Source of the DNA: a virus
IMG/VR virus record: IMGVR_UViG_3300042945_001784
Location: 16,808-80,807 of that record
Length of the DNA stretch: 64,000 nucleotides
Strand: one strand, 5' to 3'
Both the position numbers and the translations under genes were made by a program. Positions 1 to 8,621 of the stretch are shown here, one piece after another (the first letter of the stretch is position 1; the number at the start of each line of letters is the position of its first letter). The notes beneath the pieces were generated by a model, which did not search any database, was not told the origin of the DNA, and worked only from the letters and a program-made list of their open reading frames with translations.

Positions 1-1
1 A

Positions 2-1426
2 TTTCAATACGAATGTTCGACGCCTTGGGATCTTTCAACCATCACCTATTCAGGTAAAAGCCTGGTAGTTGGTGATTGGGACCTTAACTGTAATGGACTT
101 GCAATTAGCAACGATGGCACCCGTCTGTGGTTTACTGGACGGGCTGGTGCTACCGTCTGGTCGTGTACGTTATCTACGCCTTATGACCTTGCTACGGCCA
201 CGGTTGATGTAAAGAGGGTTTACATTGGCACGCAAGATCTATCGTCAGAGGGTTTCGTCTTTGGTGACAGTGGCACCAAGATGTACGTTTTAGGTAACAC
301 CAGTAGGATAGTGTATCAATACACACTGAGCACTGCGTGGGATGTCAGCACAGCTACTTATTCCACTAAGAGCTTTAGTGTAAACACTCAAGATACCAAC
401 GCACAGGGCATTTTCTTCAAGAGTGATGGCTTGACTTTTTACATGGTCGGAGCAACTACCGACACGGTGTATCAATACACGTTAAGTACCGCTTGGGACA
501 TTGCTACTGCAAGTTATGCCAGTAAAAGCAAAGCAGTTGGCACAGAAGAAATAAACCCTAGTGATGTGTTCTTTAAGCCTGACGGCCTCAAGATGTACGT
601 CATAGGATCAACAGGTGACGATGTTAATGAGTATGACCTAAGCACGGCATGGGATGTCAGCACCGCTACATTCTTGCGTGTCTCTGCCACTGTAGGAGAG
701 ACTGCACCGAGTGGCTTGTGGTTCAAGGACGACGGCACCAAGATGTACGTTATAGGTCAAGCCAATGATGCCGTGCGTGAGTTCACGCTGTCTACTGCCT
801 GGAACGTGTCAACAATTTCTTTTTCTAAGTCACTCTCGATTGGTTTTGAGACTGCTCCAACGGGCGTCACGTTCAAAGACGATGGCACTGAGATTTATGT
901 CCTAGGTCGCACCAATGACTGTGTTTATGAAATTCAGTTAGGTACAGCTTGGGATACTGGCACCGCAAAAGGTTTTACTTATGTTGGCGGTACTGAAACT
1001 ACACCAAGAGGTCTTCATATTAACAGCGACGGCACACTTTTGTTTTTAACTGGCGGCAGTAATAGCGTCCGCAAATACACGTTATCAACCGCCTATGAAT
1101 TAGGCACGGCAACGTTATCCCAAAGTTTTTCAGTTACTGGAAGTTATGGCATTCATGTAACTGCAGATGGATTGCGGATTTATGTGACACTAGATAGCAA
1201 TGCAGCAAACCCTGCGGGCGGCAGGCAAGTTCGACAAATTACGCTTACATCTCCGAACGATTTAACGACAGCAACACTTAGTACAGTTGAGTTAATTCCT
1301 TTGCTTGGATTAACTGGAACAGCAAGCACTCCATGGGGCGTCCGCGTTTCTCCTGACGGCACTCGCATGTTTGTGTTATCTGACAGCACTCAAGGTATGT
1401 ACCAATTCTCGTTGAGGTTTGCATGA
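2..1426 (+). CDS. Beta-propeller repeat protein, probable tail/receptor-binding protein (5' partial)
   Basis: Frame is open from base 2 (FQYECSTPWDLSTITY...). Repeated ~50-aa blades of the form 'G.FFK.DG.KMYV.G...D.V.QY.LSTAWDVSTA'. Confidence 0.75.
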   Translation, partial: FQYECSTPWDLSTITYSGKSLVVGDWDLNCNGLAISNDGTRLWFTGRAGATVWSCTLSTPYDLATATVDVKRVYIGTQDLSSEGFVFGDSGTKMYVLGNTSRIVYQYTLSTAWDVSTATYSTKSFSVNTQDTNAQGIFFKSDGLTFYMVGATTDTVYQYTLSTAWDIATASYASKSKAVGTEEINPSDVFFKPDGLKMYVIGSTGDDVNEYDLSTAWDVSTATFLRVSATVGETAPSGLWFKDDGTKMYVIGQANDAVREFTLSTAWNVSTISFSKSLSIGFETAPTGVTFKDDGTEIYVLGRTNDCVYEIQLGTAWDTGTAKGFTYVGGTETTPRGLHINSDGTLLFLTGGSNSVRKYTLSTAYELGTATLSQSFSVTGSYGIHVTADGLRIYVTLDSNAANPAGGRQVRQITLTSPNDLTTATLSTVELIPLLGLTGTASTPWGVRVSPDGTRMFVLSDSTQGMYQFSLRFA

Positions 1427-1674
1427 TGCTCTACTCTTACCATACCTGTTGGCCCCAGGTTTTACCTTTTCGTATCCGTTTAAGCGATGGTTCTACACGT
1501 ACAGATCCATCTACATTTACAGCAGAAGAAATTGCAGATGCTGGATACACTGGTCCGTACGTTGAACCTGCTTACAACCCTGAAACAGAAGTTTTAAACT
1601 GGGATCCTTATACTCTTACTTTTTATATCACTCCGAAACCACCGGAACCACCTGTTGATCCCATAAGTGAGTGA
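1423..1674 (+). CDS. Small tail-fibre-associated protein
   Basis: 'LPFRIRLSDGSTRTDPSTFT.EEIADAGY..P...P.Y' pattern typical of small genes following phage tail fibres; ATGA overlap with the upstream gene. Confidence 0.55.
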   Translation: MMLYSYHTCWPQVLPFRIRLSDGSTRTDPSTFTAEEIADAGYTGPYVEPAYNPETEVLNWDPYTLTFYITPKPPEPPVDPISE

Positions 1675-1843
1675 CAAGATTCAGGCTACAGGAGCTTTTG
1701 ATCCTTTAGTAGATGAATACTCATTCTCTATCTGTAGTGGTTCTCTTGTCGTTACGTTTGATTTCTTAAAAAAGGATGACATTGAACATTTAGTTTCGTG
1801 TCTTTCTTGTATGCTGGTTGACGACGAATCAGCCAACCGATGA
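1667..1843 (+). CDS. Hypothetical protein (58 aa)
   Basis: GTG-started ORF (VSDKIQATGAFDPL...) filling the gap; its stop overlaps the thyX start (ATGA). Confidence 0.45.
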   Translation: MSDKIQATGAFDPLVDEYSFSICSGSLVVTFDFLKKDDIEHLVSCLSCMLVDDESANR

Positions 1844-2493
1844 GCATTGTTGAACTTGTTTGGGCAACGCCAGATGCCGAAGCACTGATCACAAAGATGG
1901 CTCGCGTTTCAGCGCCAGCCAATGAGAACAACATGGAGACTGCTCCTAAGTTGCTCCATTATCTAATTAAACATGCTCACTGGTCGCCATTTGAAATGGC
2001 AAACATGTGCGTAGAGATTCACACAACGCGTGCAATCTCAGCGCAGATCATCCGTCACCGTTCGTTTTCCTTCCAGGAATTCAGTCAACGCTACGCAGAC
2101 ATCAACCTGTTAGGTTCAACTTATGTGCCGCACCTGCGTCGCCAGGATACAAAGAACAGACAGAATTCTGTTGATGATCTTGATGCGGAGATGACCGGTC
2201 AGTATTACCGGCGCATCAGTACTCTTTTTGAAGAAGCTGAACATCTGTATAAAGAGATGGTGAGTTCAGGTGTCGCAAAAGAATGTGCACGTAACATTCT
2301 TCCGCTTGCTTCTCCAACCCGTATCTATATGAATGGGTCCTTGCGTTCATGGATTACTTACATTGCTCTCCGTGAAAAGCACGGTACACAAATGGAACAC
2401 ATGCAGATTGCAAAGGACGCTAAGAAAATTTTCTGTGGTCAGTTTCCTACGATTGCAGAAGCTCTTGGCGGCACTGAAGAATGGACAATCTAA
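1840..2493 (+). CDS. thyX: FAD-dependent thymidylate synthase
   Basis: HWSPFE and the ThyX signature RHRSFSFQEFSQRY; ECARNILP. Confidence 0.97.
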   Translation: MSIVELVWATPDAEALITKMARVSAPANENNMETAPKLLHYLIKHAHWSPFEMANMCVEIHTTRAISAQIIRHRSFSFQEFSQRYADINLLGSTYVPHLRRQDTKNRQNSVDDLDAEMTGQYYRRISTLFEEAEHLYKEMVSSGVAKECARNILPLASPTRIYMNGSLRSWITYIALREKHGTQMEHMQIAKDAKKIFCGQFPTIAEALGGTEEWTI

Positions 2494-2582
2494 AGAATAA
2501 AGTATAAACAATTAGTAACACTTAATTTCCTGGGCATCCTTTGGAGTAAGTCCCAGGCTTTGTTGTATTTGCACACACCACG

Positions 2583-3530
2583 ATGGACAACAAACTACCT
2601 AAAGTTCCTGAAAAAGCGCTTGAAGCTTTGAAGGATGGCATTCAATCTGTTCTTGATTCTAAAGATTGGACTGGTTTTCTTTCTGCTATACGGTGCATAC
2701 ATGACTATAGTTTCAACAATAAGTTGTTGATCATGATGGCGCAGCACAAGCGTGGATGGGCGTTTAGTCCATTTGTTGCTGGTGCCAGGAAGTGGAACGA
2801 TAAGTTCAATCGGCAACTTAAGAAAGGTGAGTTCACCAATCCCATCTGGATCCTTGCTCCAGTACTCATTAAGAAGACAGATGAGAATGGACAGGTCCTC
2901 TGTCGTGCGGATGGAACGCCAGAGCAAGTGCCGATTCGCTTTCGTGGGGTGAAGGTCTATGACCATCATCAAACAGAGGGAGATCCAATCCCTGAACCAG
3001 ACACCACTGGCATGATGGCACAGCTAGAGGGAGACATTTCCTCGCATGTCATGGATGGTATGGTTGCTGTCGCAAAGCGCCGTAGCGTTGAGGTGCAGCG
3101 TTGTTCTGCAGCTGATCTTGGTTCTGCTTTAGGCCGCTGCTGGTTTGCCAATCAGGGCCGCGCCAGCAAGATTGAGATCAGCTCTGAAATCAATGAGATC
3201 ACTGCTGTCAGTGTCATGGCTCATGAGCTAGGTCACGCCATCCTTCACAACCGTGATGAGTACCAGGAACATGACTCTTCCTCCATCAAAGAACTGGAAG
3301 CTGAGTCAGTTGCTTATCTGGTTTGTTCTCATTACGGCGTGGATCTTGGTCGTCGCAGCTTTCAGTACATTGTTCATCACAACACTGCATCTGATGATGT
3401 CGTTGCAGATCTCTTGAAGTCCGGTGATCGGATTTTCCGTGCCTACGAGGAAATCATTAAGACCACTGATGACTACCTCACGACAGAGCCAGCTCCAGTG
3501 GCTCGACAATTGTTTGTTAGTACTTTATAA
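2583..3530 (+). CDS. ArdC-like ssDNA-binding domain plus zincin metallopeptidase (antirestriction-type protein)
   Basis: N-terminal 'HDYSFNNKLLI...VAGARKW...RQLKKGE...IWILAP...FRGVKVYD..QTEG'; C-terminal HELGHAILH and ELEAESVAYLVCSHYG. Confidence 0.8.
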   Translation: MDNKLPKVPEKALEALKDGIQSVLDSKDWTGFLSAIRCIHDYSFNNKLLIMMAQHKRGWAFSPFVAGARKWNDKFNRQLKKGEFTNPIWILAPVLIKKTDENGQVLCRADGTPEQVPIRFRGVKVYDHHQTEGDPIPEPDTTGMMAQLEGDISSHVMDGMVAVAKRRSVEVQRCSAADLGSALGRCWFANQGRASKIEISSEINEITAVSVMAHELGHAILHNRDEYQEHDSSSIKELEAESVAYLVCSHYGVDLGRRSFQYIVHHNTASDDVVADLLKSGDRIFRAYEEIIKTTDDYLTTEPAPVARQLFVSTL

Positions 3531-3531
3531 T
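3526..3531 (+). promoter_or_regulatory. Putative sigma70 -10 element upstream of a structured intergenic RNA
   Basis: TATAAT overlapping the stop codon, 6 nt before the first hairpin. A second TGGTATAAT lies at 3823-3831. Confidence 0.4.
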
Positions 3532-3537
3532 TTCTTT

Positions 3538-3825
3538 GGTTCTGATCAGACCCTCGTGGCCGCGAGAACGTCCGGTTACTTTCAGGCGTAACTGGATACC
3601 TGATATCACAGAGTGGAAGCTGTGATGTCAACGATGAAGCAGAAAGAGGAATGGGGGCCGACCCTCATTTAAAACCCGTGAACGGGATCCTCTTTTGTTA
3701 AAAATTTTTGCAGGGGCGCAACCCCACCGATAGCTACACGGCAGGGCTGTTCACTTACCAGCAGAAGGAAACCACAAAAACTTCTGCTCCCCAGGGCCTG
3801 ACGTGGTTCTTCTACGGCCCCTTGG
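3538..3825 (+). ncRNA. Unclassified highly structured ncRNA candidate
   Basis: Gap with no ORF of 60 aa or more, containing about nine stems, several with G-U pairs on the + strand, and loop-loop complementarities (see findings). Confidence 0.6.
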
Positions 3826-3861
3826 TATAATAGGTTCTATGTGCTTTACAAAAACCTTACC

Positions 3862-4092
3862 ATGGCCGTATTATGCAAACCCAAGATCATAGGAACAGTA
3901 GCCTGTGATTCCGGTTCAATCGCTCTTGTTGACCCGTCTCATCTTGAAGTATCGAACGCAGATACTGTTCAGCTTCCTCATTGGAATCTGTTTACTTCTG
4001 TTGATACTGAAATGGGGGATGGAGAATTTGTTGTTTACGCTCAACGTGACAACCGTGGTTGTTTGCGTCGAGTCATCATTGAAATTGAATGA
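3862..4092 (+). CDS. Hypothetical protein
   Basis: ORF with 'IGTVACDSGSIALVDP...GDGEFVVY' motif; preceded by TGGTATAAT. Confidence 0.6.
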   Translation: MAVLCKPKIIGTVACDSGSIALVDPSHLEVSNADTVQLPHWNLFTSVDTEMGDGEFVVYAQRDNRGCLRRVIIEIE

Positions 4093-4241
4093 TTTCTACT
4101 TACGTCTTTCTAGTCTGGGTTCTTATTAATATCATCTTTCTATTTAACTTTACGCTTCCGGTTGGTTACCTTGTTATTGTCAACCTGTCCTTTATAGTAG
4201 CCAGTATCCTTTCGGACACTGAACCTTCTAATCGGATATGA
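4089..4241 (+). CDS. Small membrane protein (50 aa)
   Basis: MISTYVFLVWVLINIIFLFNF...; ATGA overlaps at both ends. Confidence 0.5.
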   Translation: MISTYVFLVWVLINIIFLFNFTLPVGYLVIVNLSFIVASILSDTEPSNRI

Positions 4242-4516
4242 GCAACCTGCTTGACCCCAGGCGCGAGCCCAATCGCTGGCTTGCTGCTATGTTTGATCAC
4301 CTTCTCCAGGTTGGCGATGCTGACTCTCTTGATTCTCTTCGTTCTGGTTATTATCAACTTTGTAATGTTGTTGAGCCTGGTTTGATTGACAGTCTATTTC
4401 AACCTTGGATTGAAGCATATCTTCAAGGACTCCAGGAAACGGATGAAACAGAAAACATTCAAAGTATCCAGCGTCCACCGCAGGGGCTAGAGGATCTGCC
4501 GGAACCACTCCAATAA
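4238..4516 (+). CDS. Hypothetical protein
   Basis: Translationally coupled ORF, 92 aa. Confidence 0.55.
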   Translation: MSNLLDPRREPNRWLAAMFDHLLQVGDADSLDSLRSGYYQLCNVVEPGLIDSLFQPWIEAYLQGLQETDETENIQSIQRPPQGLEDLPEPLQ

Positions 4517-4970
4517 TTTCCCCTAACTCATACAACGGTTCAGAAGCGTACGGTGGTCTGTGCCACCAAAACTTTAAGGCTTCCCAATCTACTAACCAGT
4601 CCGGGTGGTATGCCAACCACCTGGACCATGCTTTAAATTGTTTTTCTGGATGCCTTGAAGTGCAATCTAAGTACAGACAGTCACCAGGTTCTATTTGCCA
4701 GCGTGCTAACAACAGGTGTTTAAAGCCTCGATTGATTGATTTGAAACCACCCTTGCCTGTTAGGTGGCTACGCATGTTGCTAGCACGTTTGTTTTTTTTA
4801 TTTCGATACCAATCGTTAAGTTGTCGTTTTGATTTACTAATAGCATAAGCTACACGCCACACCCAATGATTACCGGTAAAGCAAAACTCTGGTGTTAAAA
4901 AGAGTTTGCAATACTGATCATTGATTTTAAACGTAGTAGTGCTACGCTTTCGGGATACTCTATAGGTCAT
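4287..4970 (-). CDS. Hypothetical protein
   Basis: Long Trp-rich ORF, likely start MTYRVSRK; its 3' end overlaps the 4238 ORF antisense. Confidence 0.55.
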   Translation of the reverse strand: MTYRVSRKRSTTTFKINDQYCKLFLTPEFCFTGNHWVWRVAYAISKSKRQLNDWYRNKKNKRASNMRSHLTGKGGFKSINRGFKHLLLARWQIEPGDCLYLDCTSRHPEKQFKAWSRWLAYHPDWLVDWEALKFWWHRPPYASEPLYELGEIIGVVPADPLAPAVDAGYFECFLFHPFPGVLEDMLQSKVEIDCQSNQAQQHYKVDNNQNEENQESQHRQPGEGDQT

Positions 4971-4973
4971 GGC

Positions 4974-5252
4974 GTGGACGATCTTATCATTGCTATCCAA
5001 CAAGATCCCGAATTATGGGAGATTGTTGAGAAGCTGAAAAGTCCTGATGAAGATCTAGAAGATTTCCTGCTCAGCATAGCTCATATGCTATCCATTGAGT
5101 TTCAGGAGCTTCATAAAACAGATCTTTCCGATAAACTTGCTTCTTTATTCGGTGGTCTTCCTAGTAAGTCACTGATCATGGCACCGATGCTCCTGCACAT
5201 TGCACTGGACATCTTTTTGATGCGTGCCATTCCTCAACAAGAGGAGGGGTGA
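4974..5252 (+). CDS. Hypothetical protein
   Basis: 92-aa ORF in the operon before the polymerase. Confidence 0.6.
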   Translation: MDDLIIAIQQDPELWEIVEKLKSPDEDLEDFLLSIAHMLSIEFQELHKTDLSDKLASLFGGLPSKSLIMAPMLLHIALDIFLMRAIPQQEEG

Positions 5253-5253
5253 T

Positions 5254-5487
5254 ATGCAACACGGTTATGTTCTTTGTAACTATGATCTGTCTCAGGTGTT
5301 GTGTCTGACGCCAGAGAAAGATGGCGTGGTCCTGCAAGATGTGAGCAGTACAAAAGTACTCAATAAAGCGATATGCTTGTCAGACCTGACTGAAGCTAAG
5401 AATGTTTTACAAATGCTTCAGAATAAAGAGATGACAGGCGATCTTGAGATTGTTAATGTGGCACGACTGTACAAGAAATTCTTCTAA
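5254..5487 (+). CDS. Hypothetical protein
   Basis: GGAGG ribosome-binding site upstream of ATG at 5254. Confidence 0.6.
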   Translation: MQHGYVLCNYDLSQVLCLTPEKDGVVLQDVSSTKVLNKAICLSDLTEAKNVLQMLQNKEMTGDLEIVNVARLYKKFF

Positions 5488-5499
5488 GGTGATCTCAGT

Positions 5500-7347
5500 A
5501 TGAGACTTGTTCTAGACCTTGAGAGTAATGGATTGTTGCCAGTGATGGACACGATCCATTGTATTGTTCTGCGTGATCTAGATACAGGTAACATCATTAG
5601 CTGTGCTGATCAACCTGGTTATCACAGCCTTGAGATGGCCCTTGATTTTATAAGAGAAGCCACGTTAATTGTTGGGCACAACGTTATCAAGTTTGATATA
5701 CCTGCCCTTAAAAAAATATATCCAAGCTTACAACTTAAACCTAATGTTGAATATTACGATACGTTAGTTGTTAGTAGGGTTATGTGGCCCGAGTTAGAGC
5801 CTGTTGATGCTGCTAAGTTTTCACATATCCCACGTAAATACTTTGGTCGCCACAGCTTAGCAGCCTGGGGTGAGCGCCTTGGCGTAAGCAAGATTAACTT
5901 CAAAGAAGAAAGTAAAAAAGATAACGATGAAGTAGAAGATGTGTGGGAAAGATGGACTCCTACAATGCAAACATATTGTGAAGGTGACGTAGAAGTATCG
6001 ACTAGACTATATGAATATCTTTCCTGCCAACAGCTTGACCCCAGGTGTCAGCAACTAGAGCATGAGTTTGCTCTGGTCATGATGCAGCAGGAAACATTTG
6101 GGTTTCCCTTCAATGAAAAGGCAGCCTATGCGTTGGTCAACACGCTCAAAGCTCGACGCTCTGAGCTTGAGGATGAACTGCAAACAACCTTCCCGCCAAT
6201 CGAGGAAGAACGCTGGTCGGAAAAGACTGGCAAACAACTTAAAACAGAGATTACAGTATTCAATCCTGCCTCCAGGACACAGATCTCGCAGCGGCTACGA
6301 GCTAAGTACCCTGAGATTACATTTGAATCCACGAAAAAGGGTAAGCCCAAGGTGGATGATGACGTTCTGGAATCTCTTGGTCAGAAATATCCAGAAGCTA
6401 AGTTGTTGGCTGAGTACCAACTCTTTAACAAAAGGCTTGGTCAAATCGCAGAGGGGAAGGAAGCGTGGTTAAACCATTGCAGGATCTATAACGATGGCCG
6501 TATTCATGGCGAAGTTATTACTAACACTTGCATTAGCGGCAGATGTAGCCACAAACGGCCCAACATGGCCCAAGTCCCCAGTGTTGGTCACGCTTTTGGA
6601 GCTGAGTGCAGGGCTCTGTTTTATGCTCCTGATGGTTGGTTGTTGGTTGGTGCTGATGCTTCTGGACTCGAACTCAGGGCGCTAGGCTCCTGGCTTGCTT
6701 ACTTTGATGATGGTGAGTACGCCAGGCTAGTCAGCACTGAGGGTTTTGATATCCACACATACAATGCCAAACTCTTTGGGATCTACGATGGTGTAGGCGA
6801 GATCAGCAAGGCTACCCGTGATCTATCGAAGCGGCTTATTTATTGCATCTTGTATGGTGGCGGTGCAAAAAAGACTGGATCCATTATTTCTCCTGACGAA
6901 GGTGAAAATACCCAGTACCAGCAGGGTAAGAAAACCATTGATACGTTCTATCGGAATCTACCTGCTATCAAGAAGCTTAAAGATCTCATCGAAGAACGCA
7001 TTACGCAACGCGGTTATCTTACTGGTATTGACGGCAGACGGTTACAGATTCGCTCTAAACATTCAGCCCTCAACCAACTCCTCCAATCGACGGGAGCGAT
7101 TGCGGTAAAGAAAGCAACAACAATTCTTTATGATGATTTAACTAATGAAGGATTAGTCTTTGCAAAGGACTGGGGATTTGTTGCACACGTACACGATGAA
7201 TATCAGGCTTTAGTTAAGCCTGAGTACGTTGATCTTTATACCAAGCTAGCTATTGATTCGTTCCGTAAATCTGGTGAGTACTTTCAGTTGAAGTGTCCAC
7301 TTACTGGTGAAGCCAGGACAGGTAAGAACTGGCAAGAAACTCACTGA
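5500..7347 (+). CDS. polA: Family A DNA polymerase with 3'-5' exonuclease (T7 gp5-like)
   Basis: Exo I DLESNG, Exo II GHNVIKFD, motif A DASGLELR, motif B KRLIYCILYGG, motif C HVHDE. Confidence 0.96.
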   Translation: MRLVLDLESNGLLPVMDTIHCIVLRDLDTGNIISCADQPGYHSLEMALDFIREATLIVGHNVIKFDIPALKKIYPSLQLKPNVEYYDTLVVSRVMWPELEPVDAAKFSHIPRKYFGRHSLAAWGERLGVSKINFKEESKKDNDEVEDVWERWTPTMQTYCEGDVEVSTRLYEYLSCQQLDPRCQQLEHEFALVMMQQETFGFPFNEKAAYALVNTLKARRSELEDELQTTFPPIEEERWSEKTGKQLKTEITVFNPASRTQISQRLRAKYPEITFESTKKGKPKVDDDVLESLGQKYPEAKLLAEYQLFNKRLGQIAEGKEAWLNHCRIYNDGRIHGEVITNTCISGRCSHKRPNMAQVPSVGHAFGAECRALFYAPDGWLLVGADASGLELRALGSWLAYFDDGEYARLVSTEGFDIHTYNAKLFGIYDGVGEISKATRDLSKRLIYCILYGGGAKKTGSIISPDEGENTQYQQGKKTIDTFYRNLPAIKKLKDLIEERITQRGYLTGIDGRRLQIRSKHSALNQLLQSTGAIAVKKATTILYDDLTNEGLVFAKDWGFVAHVHDEYQALVKPEYVDLYTKLAIDSFRKSGEYFQLKCPLTGEARTGKNWQETH

Positions 7348-8481
7348 TTACTTAGATTCAACTTGGAAAGGACCACCATATCCTGTTCCTTTCAAGCGAT
7401 GTTTAGATTCATCGTATCCATATTGACGCAAGCTTTGCTCTAGCCCACTGTAATCACTTCCTCTAAAGCGATCTACAACAGGATCAATCACATAATCTGT
7501 GACAACATCTGCAAGTTTTTCTGCGCCGCGACCAGCTAATTCTCCAATAACTCCTTCAGTAAAACCACGCGTTGCTGGTGGTCCTGCATAAGTTGCAAAT
7601 GCGCCACCAAGTAAACGACGGCCTTTAGGTAAACCTAGCTCACCTGCTAATCTAAAAGCGTTACGAGTTGCCAATGCTTCTTCTGCAAGCGTGTGTCTTA
7701 TGCCAGGAGAAGTTACATTGCTTAAAAGTCCTTCAAGTCCAGCTTGCCATAAACTTCTGTTTTCATCTTGAGAATTTCTGCCTGCACTTAAACCACTGAT
7801 AGTTCCTGGTTCAATATACTGTTTTCCATATCGTAAGTTGCGTTCTTTTTGCGCAAGACCTGGATCAGCAAAGTTAAGAGCGTGTCCAAACTCATGCAAA
7901 GTAACCGGTGCTGAATATCTAGCATAATTTTTTAGTTGTGGTTTTTCATCCATTAATTTATTGAAACGTTCATCTAACTCAGGTTTGCTGCCCCAAGGTA
8001 GGCTTTGAAGATCCTGCATAATAGGTGATATTTTTTCATCGAATTTTCCAAGATCTTGCATGTATTTTGCACGTGCTTCATCAGACAAAACTCCTTGAAC
8101 ATTGACACGATTTTCATTATCGAAAAAAGCATCAGGATGGTCTATAAAACCGGTAAAGTTTACAGGTGTTCTTAGTTTTGGATTAAGAAACTCTTGTACT
8201 TTTTCAATGGTTGATAAAGGAACTTGTGTTGCAGGATTTGCTCTTAATTTATTGAGTGTTTCACTTCCTAATGAAGCTGATTGATTTAGTAAAGACCGAG
8301 CTGCGTTAACTCCTGTAACTTCTCTTGCAAAATTCTGTGCTTCTTCTACTTTTCTACGGTTTACAGACTGTCCTACATAAGGACTATCAGCTCCACCAGG
8401 GAGCAGCCCTCCCGCTAAGTTTTTATCTACGGCTCCATAAACTTTTTGAAAGCCGCCGCTTAGCCAGTTAGGAAAAGGCAT
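7348..8481 (-). CDS. Probable virion protein with HExxH zinc-peptidase motif
   Basis: TLHEFGHAL followed by EEALATRNA; Gly/Ala-rich flanks. Confidence 0.55.
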   Translation of the reverse strand: MPFPNWLSGGFQKVYGAVDKNLAGGLLPGGADSPYVGQSVNRRKVEEAQNFAREVTGVNAARSLLNQSASLGSETLNKLRANPATQVPLSTIEKVQEFLNPKLRTPVNFTGFIDHPDAFFDNENRVNVQGVLSDEARAKYMQDLGKFDEKISPIMQDLQSLPWGSKPELDERFNKLMDEKPQLKNYARYSAPVTLHEFGHALNFADPGLAQKERNLRYGKQYIEPGTISGLSAGRNSQDENRSLWQAGLEGLLSNVTSPGIRHTLAEEALATRNAFRLAGELGLPKGRRLLGGAFATYAGPPATRGFTEGVIGELAGRGAEKLADVVTDYVIDPVVDRFRGSDYSGLEQSLRQYGYDESKHRLKGTGYGGPFQVESK

Positions 8482-8510
8482 TGTATTTTTTAACCTACTT
8501 TAATTTTAAA

Positions 8511-8621
8511 TTACTTTTTCTTTCCGCCGTTCTTAGCTTTACGAGCATTGGCATTACCGCTATTCTGCTTAGCATTTTGCTTAGCAGTTGCAGCGGATTT
8601 TTTGTTCTTTGGTTTAGACAT
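8511..8621 (-). CDS. Small basic protein (36 aa)
   Basis: MSKPKNKKSAATAKQNAKQNSGNANARKAKNGGKKK; start overlaps the upstream stop (TAATG). Confidence 0.55.
   Translation of the reverse strand: MSKPKNKKSAATAKQNAKQNSGNANARKAKNGGKKK

Noticed and set aside
3538-3825. tmRNA, RNase P, group I intron or hammerhead identity for the structured region
   Set aside because: No tRNA-like ends or tag ORF, no GAGGAAAGUCC, no CUGAUGA/GAAA core, and the flanking genes are intact.
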